Origin: Paramecium tetraurelia | Taxonomy: Eukaryota | Direction: 5' to 3' | Length of the DNA: 64,000 nucleotides | Assembly (NCBI GenBank): GCA_000165425.1 | Contig: CT868063.1 | Span: forward strand, 434,001 to 498,000 | Shown: in pieces, positions 38,001 to 51,400 of the stretch | Layout of the letters: each line of letters opens with the position of its first letter | How positions within the stretch are numbered: position 1 is the first letter of the stretch | Notes under the pieces: model-generated | Told to the model about the DNA's origin: nothing | The model's input: the letters and a program-made list of their open reading frames with translations, nothing else | Databases searched by the model: none | Program-made: the position numbers and the translations under genes

Positions 38001-40817
38001 GTTAGAATAAAGTCAACACACTCTCTAAATTTTAGGCTTGAAAAGATTTGACTGTACCAAAATTGAAGATGCTTCCATTTGTAACTGTACATTTAATCAG
38101 TTTAAGATTATCTACAATAACACTGTAACTTGAAGTTGTTTATAAATCTGAAAAGACAGCTGTATTAGTAATATTAACATTTGTGAACTTTAAGGAATTA
38201 ATTTGCAAAACATTATTTATTCCTATTTAATTAACAGTAATGAGAACATCATTTATTTCACTATTTTTTACATGAACATCATCAAATATATAATAACCTT
38301 GATCTGTGATTGTATTAGTTGAGGTTTGATTTAGGAAGTTTTCATTTTTGAGTTTTTCAAATTCAACTTTTTCTAATTTGAGATATACAGTATTTTATAA
38401 TACTATGTTGAATGCACTGGCTACGTTTTCTTTAACTATTTTACAGTTGGTCATAGTGAGCATAGTCTTTTAACCCAGTATTTCTAAGCCAAATTCCCCC
38501 GATGACTTTTCTTTGAAGCGGACATCTTAAATCACCACTGAAGAATAATCCTATAGTATCATTCTTCCTGTTTGCTTAAAGATTGTATCTTAACCATTTA
38601 TGACAATAGATAATTTCTACAAAGTAAAGACATTCCTTTAGAAACCTGATTTGATTTATAAAGGTTTATCAAAAACACAAATTCCATTATTGTCAGGCTT
38701 GAAATAGATTTTGATATTTATCTCTGTGACAGTTAACTAATTGTATTCATTATATTTTTATGCATTTTCTATTCCCTGAAGGAATAATGTAACTATTTTG
38801 GTTTTCTGTTTTTTATATACATCTCTCAACTTGATTTCATTAGGCCCTGCAGTCTCTCCACAATTTATAAACACATCAGTGTCTAGTTTTTTTTCACATC
38901 CTTTTGAGCTTGCATCAGATTTGCAAGTAATGGGAACTCCCAAAAAGGAGTCTATATAAATCTTTTGATTAGGCTTTGGGTTTGCAGCCTTGTAACAATA
39001 ATTACTGTATTTGTTTAATTAATCAAAATCTGGATTAAAAAAGGGATTAACATTATTTATTTCATCCGAAGTTCTTTCCCTGCAAGCAATACAGTAATTG
39101 GGACACTCGTTGCATTCACTATTGTCAGCAGACAGTGATTATTATTAATTAGGAATAGGACACTTTGCACAATAGGCAGTATCATCTAAATACAAACATT
39201 CAGAGTCTTTCTCTGCAAAGTCGCCAGGGACACAGCTATCAGTACAACCTTTGCATTAGTTATTGTAAAGATTGAATCCCTCTTGGCAAGTTGAACAGAG
39301 AGGATCATTTAATTTTTCCTTTTTGATCATTTCTATATCTTTTTGATATTGCACATAGTCAATGGCAGCCATTTACAATTAGAGATAGGCAGTAATATTA
39401 TAGCTGTTAGTATATTACCAACATTCATCACATCTAGATTGGCATTGCATACATAAATTAGAGAAAATATCAGGATAATATCCTTTTTGACATCTTACAC
39501 ATTAAAATTATTCAACAGTATTGACAGTATATGAAATGCATTTTAAACAATGTTTAATTTTCTTACTGCAATCTTAATCTGCCAAACAAGAATTTTTTGT
39601 AGTAGCAGTACTTGTATCATATTTAAGAAGATTGCTATCTTTGCATTCTAAACATAAACTTTTATCTTTATCATAGGAAATACAATTATCGGTTTCAGTA
39701 TAAGCAACACAAGATCCACTGTCTACTTCATACTCTGATTTGCATTTATAACATTTTTGCTCTGAAGAATAATCCACCGCCATTGTAAAACCTAAAGTGT
39801 ATGTGTATTTATCCACTCCTTCTTAGGAATATTAATAGTAACCTATTTCACAGTCACTTTTCTCTAGATGTTCACACCATGCCCCTTCATTGTATACAAT
39901 ATAGCCAGGTTCACATTGTGTACATCTCTATTATTCTACTCCATCCACATACTCGACTTAACACCGTTAACATGCATAATCACATTAAGCACATGTCAGT
40001 CCATCATTCATCAACACCAAATAATTGTCTTTATCTTAAACACACTCCAAGCATATAATATCATAAAAATATTCACACTTTGCACATCCTGAAAAACAGG
40101 GAATGCATTAAGAACTGAAATCGAGTGCAAACCCATCGAAGCACTCATAACAACTCTAACTATCGCAAGATTTGCATTTATCAAAAGGACATTAAGTGCA
40201 TAGATCGTTTTCAAAGTAATAACCATCCCCGCAAACTACTCCAATATGAGATGCATCATTTTAATCCGAAAGGATGTTACACTCGTCTCCTTCATCTCCT
40301 TCATCGCCTTCATCACAAAATCCTTCGCATCCCACACATAATTCTGTGTCAAAACTTCTCTTTCCTCCTTCAGTCAAGGATGCCACTTCAAATATATTAT
40401 ATATTTGTATATCATTTGTTTGCATCTTCCTAAATGCTCCTTTGACATCTCCATCCGTGATGGCATAATTGTAAGTGCATAATCTAGAAGATTACCAAGT
40501 CTCTGAATTTTCCCTACAATCCATGCATAGGTACATCATTTAGTCCTTAAATGATAATGGACTAATTCATTAAAAATCAAATGCATTACCATTTGACACA
40601 ATAATTCTCGTTCTTAAAATTTAATTTAAAATAGCCATATTCGCATTGTATATTGTTCTTGTCAGCACATAATTAGTAACCCTCTTCACATATTTTTTTA
40701 CATTCCTTCTCCTAACAACCTGTAGGGTACTCTTACGGTTACTCATTCTACCTTTTTACATTCATTATTTACAGTTATCGAAATTAGAATCAGAAGAATT
40801 GTTATGTCTATTTTCAT
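32053..40817 (-). CDS. giant (~2900 aa) secreted/membrane protein: Cys-rich repeats, beta-helix (Pmp/pectin-lyase-like) region, multi-TM domain and C-terminal MORN repeats
   Basis: Signal peptide MKIDITILLILISIT; CxxC furin-like repeats (~38900-40700); FxxN/GG-type motifs (NKASVGAGI, NFASLAGAGV, NKAQVGAAF); CYTGHIGALCESC; multi-TM block (LMKVLTNYFQII, YGFFYLEY..YLWEFVK, SPYSNRRLNILD). The frame continues without TGA into MORN repeats, stop at 32053. The central region was not checked codon by codon. Confidence 0.8.
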
Positions 40818-41801
40818 TAATTTAAATTTTTTATTTCGAAATTCTAAATAACATAAATTCTTATCATCAACGTAAATCAGTTATTCTCTACCTCTATGAA
40901 GCTAGCTACAATCACCAATTTGTAATTTATTTTTATGAAATTTTCCTTTCATTCAAACTAATAGCCATTCCAATGGGTAAATCTACAAGCAATAAATATC
41001 ATAAAGTATCTAATGTAACGCGATACAACAGAAATGTAAATTCAACCTTGATATCTAAAAAATACAATCCTAAACCAATAAATAACTAACTAAATTCCTT
41101 TGTCACCAAGAAAATCCTCTTTTAATATAATTATTCCACACATTCCCTTTAGGCAAACAATCTGGAAGTGGAAGTATTAATAATTATTGATAGTTTATAC
41201 TAATTCCATTTAGCTTTCAATAAAGGAACTGACATAAATTATAAGCTTATTGTATATTCAATAAAGATGATGGCTTATTAAAAATAAGAGCAAAGAATAT
41301 CGTAATCCTTAGTCTTAATCTGTTAGGCTATCTAAAATATTCTAAATCAAAAGAGCTCCTCTCTGTTTGCATAGTAACTAACTAATTTCTTTAAAATTTA
41401 TATTGGCGAGTTGATTTTATATAAAATCAGACTTTTATTTCAAATTTTAATTTTTTGTTGAGTTCTTTTTATTATAATTAGTTTGATTAATTAAATTTCG
41501 TTAAGCGAATATTAGTACAATTAAAATAATATCTTCTCAAATAACATCATAAATGAAGATTTAATAATGATTAATGATATTTTAAAGATATTAATATTAA
41601 ATATGCCATTAAAATTCAAATAAACCTTGTATTTATAAAACTCCATAAGAAAATGTAAATTAAAATAAGTATAGCCTCAAACATGTTAAATAATTCAATC
41701 CTATGAAGTAGAGTCATTATAAACAATTAGTTTGATCAAAAGATATGGTGGATATTCTTTTGGATAGCCATAATATTATATATTATCTATTACATATAAA
41801 A

Positions 41802-44228
41802 TCAAATCTCAATATGAAGAGGTTCATGAAGAAACTTTTGAAGAATTTCAAGTCCTGCATTGGTATCAAAAGTTGTTTCTTCCATGAATTCTTCATCAGT
41901 CTTCTGCTTTTACCAATATTCTATATTTTATTTTACTTAGTCAACACAAGTTTTTTAGATATTTTCACTATTAATCAAGCAATAAAATACTTCTTTAATA
42001 TTGTTGAGAAGGCCTCGAACATTGGTAAAACTATGGCTTTTAAAAAGCCTTCTTGAGATTTAGAAACATTCTATTTCCTATCACACATTGGTGATATAGG
42101 TACTTTAAGGTGATGTTCTAAATCTCCTTATAAAAAGAATTCTTCAATAATTCTTCTACTCCATGTTTTGTGCAATTTTAATTCCTTTGCTCCATGTCCA
42201 ACATCTAAAATAGTATGATTACCAATTACCTGCACATTTAATTCCAATTGACATGATTAATTGTTAATCAATAGCAGGAGATTCATTAACATTCAAATAA
42301 TTTTAGAATTTGTTCATCAATTAAAAGTGTCTGGTGAGATCAGTGTCAAGAATGAGATTTAAGCAATACTTCCTAAATCCTTTGATTTCATTAGAACTCA
42401 AATTTTCAATGATGTTGCATTTACTTTAAGTGAGTACCTAAAACAATAGGAATGAATGATAATTCTCTAAAACACTTTGATCATTAAATAATAAGGCTAA
42501 TCTACATCTGTTAGCAGTCATAAATCCGTTATTTAAGCCTGGATGTCCAATATCATGTGCCAAAGATGAAATTAACAAGCAAGTAGCTTGGAAATCGTCG
42601 ATTAAAGTTGATAATCCATTTTATAGGAAAAAGGCAGTTGAATTTGCGACATCGATTGCATGCATAGAATTGTGATAGAAATTGTTTTAATAGAGAGATT
42701 CTATTTTGACACTGAATTCTCCAAGGGTTTCTAGATTAGTAATCTTCAATGTTTGAATGACTTTGAATATTTTAAACAAATTTATGGATCCTTCTAAAAA
42801 CATCATTCTCTGTGATTGATCTAGATTATTTAGAGTGTAATCTGGTTGTAAATAATTGATGTTGAAATCAATTAGAGTGTTTTAGGTAATATCATCTATG
42901 TCATCTGAAATGTCATCAATATATTAAAAGGAGGCTTCTCTTTAGGTGAAATGTGAAAGTATGAATCTAAGATAGTAAGCATAAAATTTACTTTTTGGCA
43001 TCTTAACTAAATTAGTCTTCCTTTGAGGTTTATTGGATACTGCAATTACTATTTTGACAATCCAATTAACGATGACTTCTTAAAAACTTTGGTAACCAAA
43101 TGTTGTCTTTTTTACCTGTCAATAAATTGAGAAGGTCATCTATTTCATCAATAGTAATAAAATCATCTCCTTGAATAATAGTTTGATCAGAGTGAGATTG
43201 CTGTTGGTCGAATAGTAGATTTTTACCTTTAATATCTGAATTTTAGGATAGGGTTCTACTAGCTCTTCTTCTAAAATTCTCTATTTTTGGAGAAGTGGTT
43301 TGATAATTTTGGTTAGTGTCTTCGTCAACTTCGTCTTTGCCAAACACTTCTGTTATTGAAACCATCGATTACAATTTTTCTTATTATTAACTAGCATTTT
43401 TTAAGAGTTGATTTTTGATTGCGCATTGTTACTTAAATTTGATTAATTTTAATTTATTGACTAAGTCATTGGCCCTAGATTATAATTGCATCTGTGATTT
43501 TGAATCAATTTCCTCTTGATATTTATTTATCTATTATTGTTACTGCTACTTCATCTGATCCAGCTCCTAGTTGAATTGCTTGATTTTGTTTTGTGTCTCG
43601 TTGCACAGTCTCTGTTATCGTAATTATTTTGACAAAATAAAAACCGATTATACTGTTATCATTTTGATTGTACTAATAAAATGGACTCCCCAACAGATTT
43701 GAAATGCCAAAACGCTGCCGATTCCAATCACTTAATGCAAGTAATGCAATTTCAATGAGAATCGATTGTAGATATATTGATGGAGGAGGATGAAGAAGGT
43801 GAATTGGTCTAGTACTTATTCCGATCTCGATTCTACACTACAGAATATAAGATAGATAATACTCAGTTATGGTTAAAGTCGTGATTAGGGCATTTACGAG
43901 CTGAATTACCAAACCTAGATTCAGAAGAGATTCGGGAGTTTAAGTAGTTCTAAAATTTTAGAAATGTTTACTTTTTCTTCAAATGATGAAAGACAATCCA
44001 CAAGGTCTCGATAATTTTAACAGTTAGTTCGTAATGATAATGGCTGGACCCACTATTTTAAAAGTTTGCCATCCAGTTCCAAATTATGTTACCAAAAATT
44101 ATTAAGCAAATTACAATAGTCTATTCTTGTTTCGAGGGTTGGGTATTAATGTAATGGGTTTGGAACACTTCTGAGACCTTCATTTTTATCTGATCATTGT
44201 ACTGCACATTAACAGATTAGTTATTCAT
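41802..44228 (-). CDS. class I 3',5'-cyclic nucleotide phosphodiesterase with N-terminal TM segments
   Basis: YHNSMHAIDV, AHDIGHPGLNN, SVLENYH, LILDTDL, IKCA|DVGH, EEFFLQGDLE, SQEGF; hydrophobic N-terminal helices plus a coiled coil; several introns. Confidence 0.92.
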
Positions 44229-44360
44229 TATTTTATAATATTTTATATCAATCAAATTTGCATAAAACTTAATATATCAAACATTCAAATTCAATTGAAA
44301 AATGTTATTCTGTAAAAGACTTCGCTGTTGAAATTATCAAATTTTATAAATTTTTTAATT

Positions 44361-47300
44361 ATGCTTAAAATTCTGCACTTAAGCAAACTCTCATCCAGGT
44401 TTTTAAATAAAAGTATAGCCTGCTTTTCATAACCCTTCATTTAAAAAGAATATCAATTCATTAGCGACGACGAGGCTGATTACGAATTCACAGTCGCCTT
44501 TGTTAATGAAGCAGACTTCTAACATTTTGCCAATGCTTAGACAATAGACGAAGTCATCAAAGTTTACCAAGAAAACAATCTAACACCTCAACAGATTCAT
44601 TTCCCAGTGTTTCAAATCTGCTCCCTTCTTAAGAGGAACCCAGAAACCAAAAATGAACTGCTTCATCAATTCATCACAGAAAATGTCCTGCCCAATTTTG
44701 AGACATTGAAACCATCACAATGCATTACTGTAATTGTGTTGTTGCAAAAACTGTAAAATAAATCATATAATGCCTAAATCAAGAAACACATAGAGTAGAA
44801 TTTACAAAGTTATAATTCCAAATAATTGCCACATATATTTTATTTTTATTCAAAACAAGGATGGAAGATGTTCCACATTGGCAAAATCCTAAAGTAATAA
44901 TTGAGAGCATCTGATTTTAACATCGTAGGACTTTGTTCAATCATCAGAGCATGTTACATTGAATCAACTCAATTCAAGTCAATTATTCACTCAGATTTGG
45001 CATTTAAAGCTAGTAAGAGTTTAATGAATAAGGTTGATGACATGACTACACCTTAATAAATAGCTGTATTTAATCAATTAGCCAAAATGAAATTGCATTA
45101 GAGCACTTCCAGTAAATAATTCCCTTTATTGCTATACAAATTGGCTGAAATCTTTGTTTAAAATTTAGGAAAGATTAATTTGCATTCCAAATTGAAATTA
45201 ATGGAATCCTATTAGTTTTTAATCAATAACTTTCCAAACACTCTTTTTGAAGTCCTATTTAAATCAATCGAAATAGATACCTTGAATAGTCAAAATAGGT
45301 TGAGACTTTACATCAATCTAAAAGAACAGAAATCCTTCAATAGACTTAAAGATGACAAGATGCAACAAATGTTCAATAACATCAAATTTGATGAAGTTAC
45401 TGAAAACAATCTCCTATTGAAATTTCTGGATGTCGAATTTGGGCGATAAAATTCATCGACCATTGACTCTATTATAGTTAGATTGAATAATGCCTAGAAT
45501 TTAAATTCAAAACAAAAAATAGAGTTTCTCAAAGTCATCATCAAGTAAAATAAAGTTTCAAAATACTTGGATCAAATAAAAATTACTAATGATCATCTCC
45601 CTAGATTGATCGATTAAGCCTATTATTGTCATAGATATGTTAAGAGTTTACCATCTCAGGAATAGTAGGACAACATTCAAGAATCTACATAATAATTGAT
45701 GGAAAGATTGCAGCAACTTGAAAGCAAGAGCAAATTGTCCATAAGCCATTATATATTAAGTTTGGAACCATATCCTGGAGATCCTTTTTATGAGTTTATT
45801 AATTAGGAAATAAAATTAGACGAATTACCTGAAAAAGATTATATTCACTTTCTTTTAAGGTTAAATAGTTAGAATCTTTTTAATCATGAATTAAAAACAA
45901 AAAGTGAAATGATGGCACCTTCACTTGATTAATTATAAAGTATAATAAATAATATTTCAAATATTGATTATTTAAATGATAAGTTGGTTAAATAAATATC
46001 TAAATGGCATGTCGATATTGCAAATAAAAGTATTATTGATGGAACATTTAATATACATTTAATGCTAAACTTAATCTTTAAAATTGTACTATACACTCCA
46101 CTATTTGCTTTACACACATCAAGAGGTACAGTTATGTAACCCATTAGAGAATTATTAAACTTTATGTCTAACTAAGTTTCATAACATTAGGGTAACTTGG
46201 AAGTGGATTTGTATTTATTTCTTCGATTTTATAAATCTTTCGCCAATTTAGATGTCAAAACTAATTTAATATTTAACATATGTCAAGATTTATGTGATTA
46301 AAAGGATAATTTTGAGGATTTAGAAAAACTTTAAATTGCGTCTATTGTAACTGATTTGAATCCAGATTCATTTACGAATTTGCAAGTTGTTAATTCCTTT
46401 TTAAGTTAGATTTTAAAATTAAAAATGGACAACTTTATTTTTATTTAAATCACAACTAAAATATTACTTTATTAATTAAAATTTAAGGAAAAGTTGAATT
46501 GTGCAGTTTAGATTACTTCCTTAGAGGAGATGATAAATTAATTAAAGATGGAGTTGGTACAATTCAATTTTATGCAAAATACCAAAGAAAACTATTATGA
46601 TGGATTGATGACATTACTGGATTATGATGCCTGGAGAATTGGTCATTAGAAATTCGAAAATGATGAGTTGTCTGATTTTATCCATTTGCATTTTTAAAAC
46701 CTCAATGAGTCCTTGAATATGAAGAGCATGAGACCAGGCTTGAAAACTGTAATAAGGATAATCAATTAATGCGAGAATAAGTATCAATTTATCTAAAGAT
46801 ACGAAAAATTGTTTTAGCAAATGTTTTCAAAATGCAAGCAACTTAAAAATTAAGAAATCCCACATATTTAAGCCTGTTTAGATTACATAGAGTTTGCAAA
46901 GAAATTAAAATTATCTAATAAGGATATATTCAAATTTCTAATAAACTAAATCTAGGAGTAGGAAAACAATTTAAAACCTACTTAAATAGTTTAAATTATT
47001 TAGAAGTTCTCTGAAATGAAAATCTATACAAAGCCATTCTATGACAATCTCAGCAACTTAATCATAAACCACTCTAAATAATATTCGAGAATCGAGTTAT
47101 TAGATGTGATGAATGCCTTTGCCAAGCTGGGGTACTTCAATTAGGAATTAGTTATCAACATATTGGAGCATACTCAATAGGAATTGTAGCAACTTAACAA
47201 CGGGGTTATTAGTGTTCAAACCCTTTGGAGTATATTAACGAGTTTCTATTATTTCATGAAGGAGTTGAATCAGAACTTGTTCTCGAGATATGAGGGAATC

Positions 47301-47894
47301 ATAGTGCATCTAATGTAGAAGTAAGAATTTAAGCTAAGTTACATAGTGTGTCTCAGTTTGTATACTTGGAGAAGATCTAAAAGCTACCCATCATTTTTCG
47401 ACAGTTTATGGATATTTACAACCTTGTAGAGTTCAGTGGACATTTAAATATTTGTAAGTGTATGTGTGTTTATTTGAAGAATTGAATCAGTTATAACAAG
47501 AATAGGCCAGATTGATAATTGAGAATGGGAAGAGCCAAGTAAAGCAGAATATCATTCCAAATCAGAAATCCACTTAGCAATTCCGTTCGTTGATGAAATT
47601 CCTCGATAAGAACAAAATAGAATACAAAATGAATTATTATTTTGACTCCCAATATGTAGATTTTTACATTGAAACAAAAAGGATGATTATTTCAGTGGAC
47701 AACTCTCTGTATGTGACGAATGATATGGTAATGAGATGATTGTTATCTAGTAATAATATACTGGGTTCCATTATATCAACAAATGGATCTTGGAGGGAGC
47801 CACGAAAAAGTACGAATTGAAAAGCATTAGAATCAAGGCTTGGCAATGGTTATAGATGAGTGAGGAATAGAAGACCAAGATTTTGTAATTGTGA
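44361..47894 (+). CDS. helical-repeat protein with a C-terminal RAP-like domain, probably a mitochondrial RNA-binding protein
   Basis: Presequence-like MLKILHLSKLSSRFLNKSIACFS; long alpha-helical body; C-terminus YVDFYIETKRMIISVDN..YTGFHYINKWIL..SIRIKAWQWLQMSEEQK resembles RAP. Introns ~47454-47479 and ~47728-47750. Confidence 0.7.
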
Positions 47895-48011
47895 TTATTT
47901 TTAAAGTTTAAAATGTATTTAATTTTTACATATGTTTTGTTAATGATGGTGTGTAATAAGTAAGAAACAGAATATAAAGCATAATATAATGTCATCACTT
48001 TTAGATTACAG

Positions 48012-48227
48012 TCATTTTAGGTAATCCTTTATGGTTTTCTTTTTATCGTCTACAATTTAAGTAACCTTTTCTTTCTGATGAAAAAAGCAAATGATGATTT
48101 CTTCATCAAATCTGACTTAGTCTTTCATGGAGGATTTAGAATGCATTCGATGATCATCAGTGTCTCCATATGATTTTTCAATGAAAACCAAATGAAACGT
48201 ATTGAGTCCTAATCCAGGTTTACTCAT
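48012..48227 (-). CDS. small hypothetical protein (71 aa)
   Basis: ATG..TGA frame MSKPGLGLNTFHLVFIEKSY..QVRFDEEIIICFF. Short, with no domain recognised. Confidence 0.4.
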
Positions 48228-48402
48228 TAATATTAATCAAAAGTTTATTATTTAATAATGCATGTAAAATTAGATATGATTTGGATTATCCAAAGCCCAA
48301 TGCTACTATTATAATATTTAAAACTATGATGGTTTAATATATAAAGAATTTGATTTCCCCTAATTCCCAATTAATTTTATTAAAAAAAGCAAAACTGTTC
48401 TA

Positions 48403-51400
48403 ATGACAGAATTGCAAATCGAGCATTACAACATAGAGCGTCTTTTGACCGAATTGGAGTAATATTTTCTTTAAACTACAAAAGGTTGAATGGCGAGCCT
48501 TTGGACAAGGTGGCTGAAATTTGGAATGCATTCATAAAATGGAGCAAAATGAACTTCGATGTCGAGAGGACGATCAACATACCTCATTTAGGTAAGAGAT
48601 GTTTATTATGTCCACTAGGGAACTTCGCTTTCAGATTACCTCATGTGCAGGGGGAAGAAATTGCGTTAGATAAGGAGAAGAGTGTTCTTTTCTACCCAAA
48701 CGAGAATTTTTTGAATAGTGCAAATCTACGCTATAGAGTATATATTGAAATTTAATTTAAATAGGGAGAAATTGAGACACCAACACCAACAATCAAAATC
48801 AGTTATCACCAGATTGCCAAATTATGTGGTGGCATTGAGACTCAAGTATAACAGACTCAAAAGGTAAATGACAAATCACTTGTCTCTACCAAATAGATGG
48901 GAGTGGACAGGTCCTTGATTTAAGCAATTGTGGAGGGAGTATTCTAATCATTGATTTAAAAAATTAAAACAAAAACACAAGTGGAAGTTGATTTGGGATA
49001 TTTCGGAAAATTTTTGAGATTTGATTCCACATTTACATTCGAACCCCTTTTGAAATCTAAGGTCCAATCACAAATCAAATAAGGATCGCAAACCAAAAAG
49101 ACTGTTAGAAATTTGATTGAATAATCCAAGCATGCCATAGCCTTACAAACAAGAGGACAGATCACCAATTTCCAAATGATTAAGAACTAAATCCAGTAGT
49201 AACAATAGGAAAGTAAGAAATCCTAAATTAATTGATAGTTATGTAACAATCAATCGAGTAGAGTCAATTGATGCAATCCAAAAAGGCAGCCTTTGAAATA
49301 TTTAGTGAAAACTCTCAATAAAAGATGATGCAAACTCCAACTAGAAGAATAGGAAAATTAGAACAGTAATTAATTCTAACAATAAATACATTAGTATCCC
49401 AATAATGCCTGAGATGTTAGGAGCTGGTACTGATCCTTTAGCTAAGAACCAAGACTTTTCGAAATTGGTTGAAAATCCTTCTGCCTTGATGACTCAATAA
49501 TTTATCAAGCCATAGAATGCAAAGATTCGTTTTCCACCAATATTGGATAAGTTTGCTAGAACATTGGCAGCCCCAATTTCAGGAATGAAATACAACAGTA
49601 GTGTAGTTGGCAGAATAGCATCTAATTACAATCCTGGAGCGAAAAGATTCTACTTTGATAGTGAGTCCAAGGGAGTCAGAATATTGAAGGCCTTCGAATC
49701 CAAAGTGAATTTCACTGCAAATCCTGAGTTACTATAGAAGCCTGCATCTCTGGAGGAAGAGTTATTGTACGTCACAGGTAAGCTAAGAACTAAGGAGTTG
49801 AAGGAGAAGTTGGAAGCCAAGAATAATTGCTATGCAAGATACTAGGCTTATATTAATAATGAAATACCATAGGAATTCATAGCAGAGATCAAATAATAGT
49901 GGGTGCAAGATATTATAGAATTATTGCCAAGAGATCTCAAGAAGTTGGGAGATCAATTGAGTCAAAAGTATGTAGAGGAGATGATGAATGAGATAACACA
50001 TGATTACAACTTGAGTATGAAGAAGGCCATTTTGGATTATGTGCTTAAGGATGAGGAGGAAAGGTTGAGAGTGGGAATAGTAGAGATCATTGATGAGATC
50101 CCAGAATATGGATCTGCTGTCTATAAAGGGATCGAACCTAGTGAGGAATGGAAGAAGAAGGTCAATGAAGCTAGAGATGCCATGGTGCAGAACTTGGTGA
50201 TTAATAGTTAGACAACTCTCTAATTGTTGAAGAGTTGGTATGCTAAATATTCAAAAATGAATTTCTTGGTTTTATCATCTGCTAAGGATTAACCAATGAA
50301 CATTAACTATTTTACCAAGGTTCAATAGGATAGAATTTAAGAAGTGAAGAATCACTTATAGAATGAGTGGCACAAGGAAGTTGCTGATCTCTATTAGAAG
50401 GAATTGCATGTAGCAAATAGAAATAAAAGACATGCTATGTTATTCTTTGAGAGCACTGCTACATTGATGAGTAATTTGTTGAGGACTCAGATTAATGAGA
50501 GTTTGATCTCATATAGAAACTTCTTCAAGAGATTCGACAAGAAGATATTGAGAGCTCCCTAATAGGTAATTGCTGAGGAGGATGATTTCGATAAACCTAT
50601 TGAAGATGTGTTTTTAACTGTTAAACTTAAACATGATGGGAATAAGATTGAATTTGCTGATCATCTTCAGATGAGTATTAAAAATGGAATTTTGAAATTA
50701 ATTGATGATATCTACAAGTGTTCAGAGAATTTCCAGAGACCTGAAAATACTATCTCAAGAAGTGAGAAAACCTCTCTTTGGAAAATACCAGAAGATGATG
50801 ACACCTTTGTTTCAACCTACAAGACAATCAATGAAATTTTGGATATCAATTTGAAGAATGTTGAGAGCACTCTCGAGATTTATGAAAAGTATTCATTCTT
50901 ATTAAGAGAAACTGAAAAGGCTACATAATGGACAAGTGTTGCAAGAACCAGAAATGAATTTATTCAAGCATTCAATAACTATTCATAATTGTATGAGTAA
51001 GTAAATGAGGCTATCCCATTCTTTGTAAGAGTCAATATGATTTTGGTTGATGGTTGTGAAGTAAAGAAGAAGTATTTGGACATCATCTAAGAGATCATTT
51101 AATTGTTGGAGAGAAACATTCATGATTACATTATGACTACCAATTAGAGAATCAGCAAAGAAATCTAAGCACTCTAAGATAACATCTAAGGTAGAGCAGA
51201 CACTACTGAAAGGTTGGTTGAATTGGAAGCAGCCTTGGAGAAGATCAGAAAAACAGAAAATAAGAAAGTACAAAACGATTTCATAGATTTACAGAAGTGG
51301 TTGTATTAGTTGTACACTACTAATTATTAAATTAATGAGGATGATTTGATCTAGATTTCTAACACATCCAGACTTGTTCATTCTTTGATGCTCAAGGTGG

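Noticed and set aside
40284..40315. Short (CCTTCATCn) repeat
   Set aside because: It encodes DEGDEGDE inside the giant protein and is ordinary low-complexity coding sequence.
5319..44228. Operon-like Ca2+/cNMP signalling cluster (CDPK, CNB protein, K+ channels, PDE)
   Set aside because: These families are very large in Paramecium and the genes are interspersed with unrelated ones. Only the two channels form a clear tandem pair.
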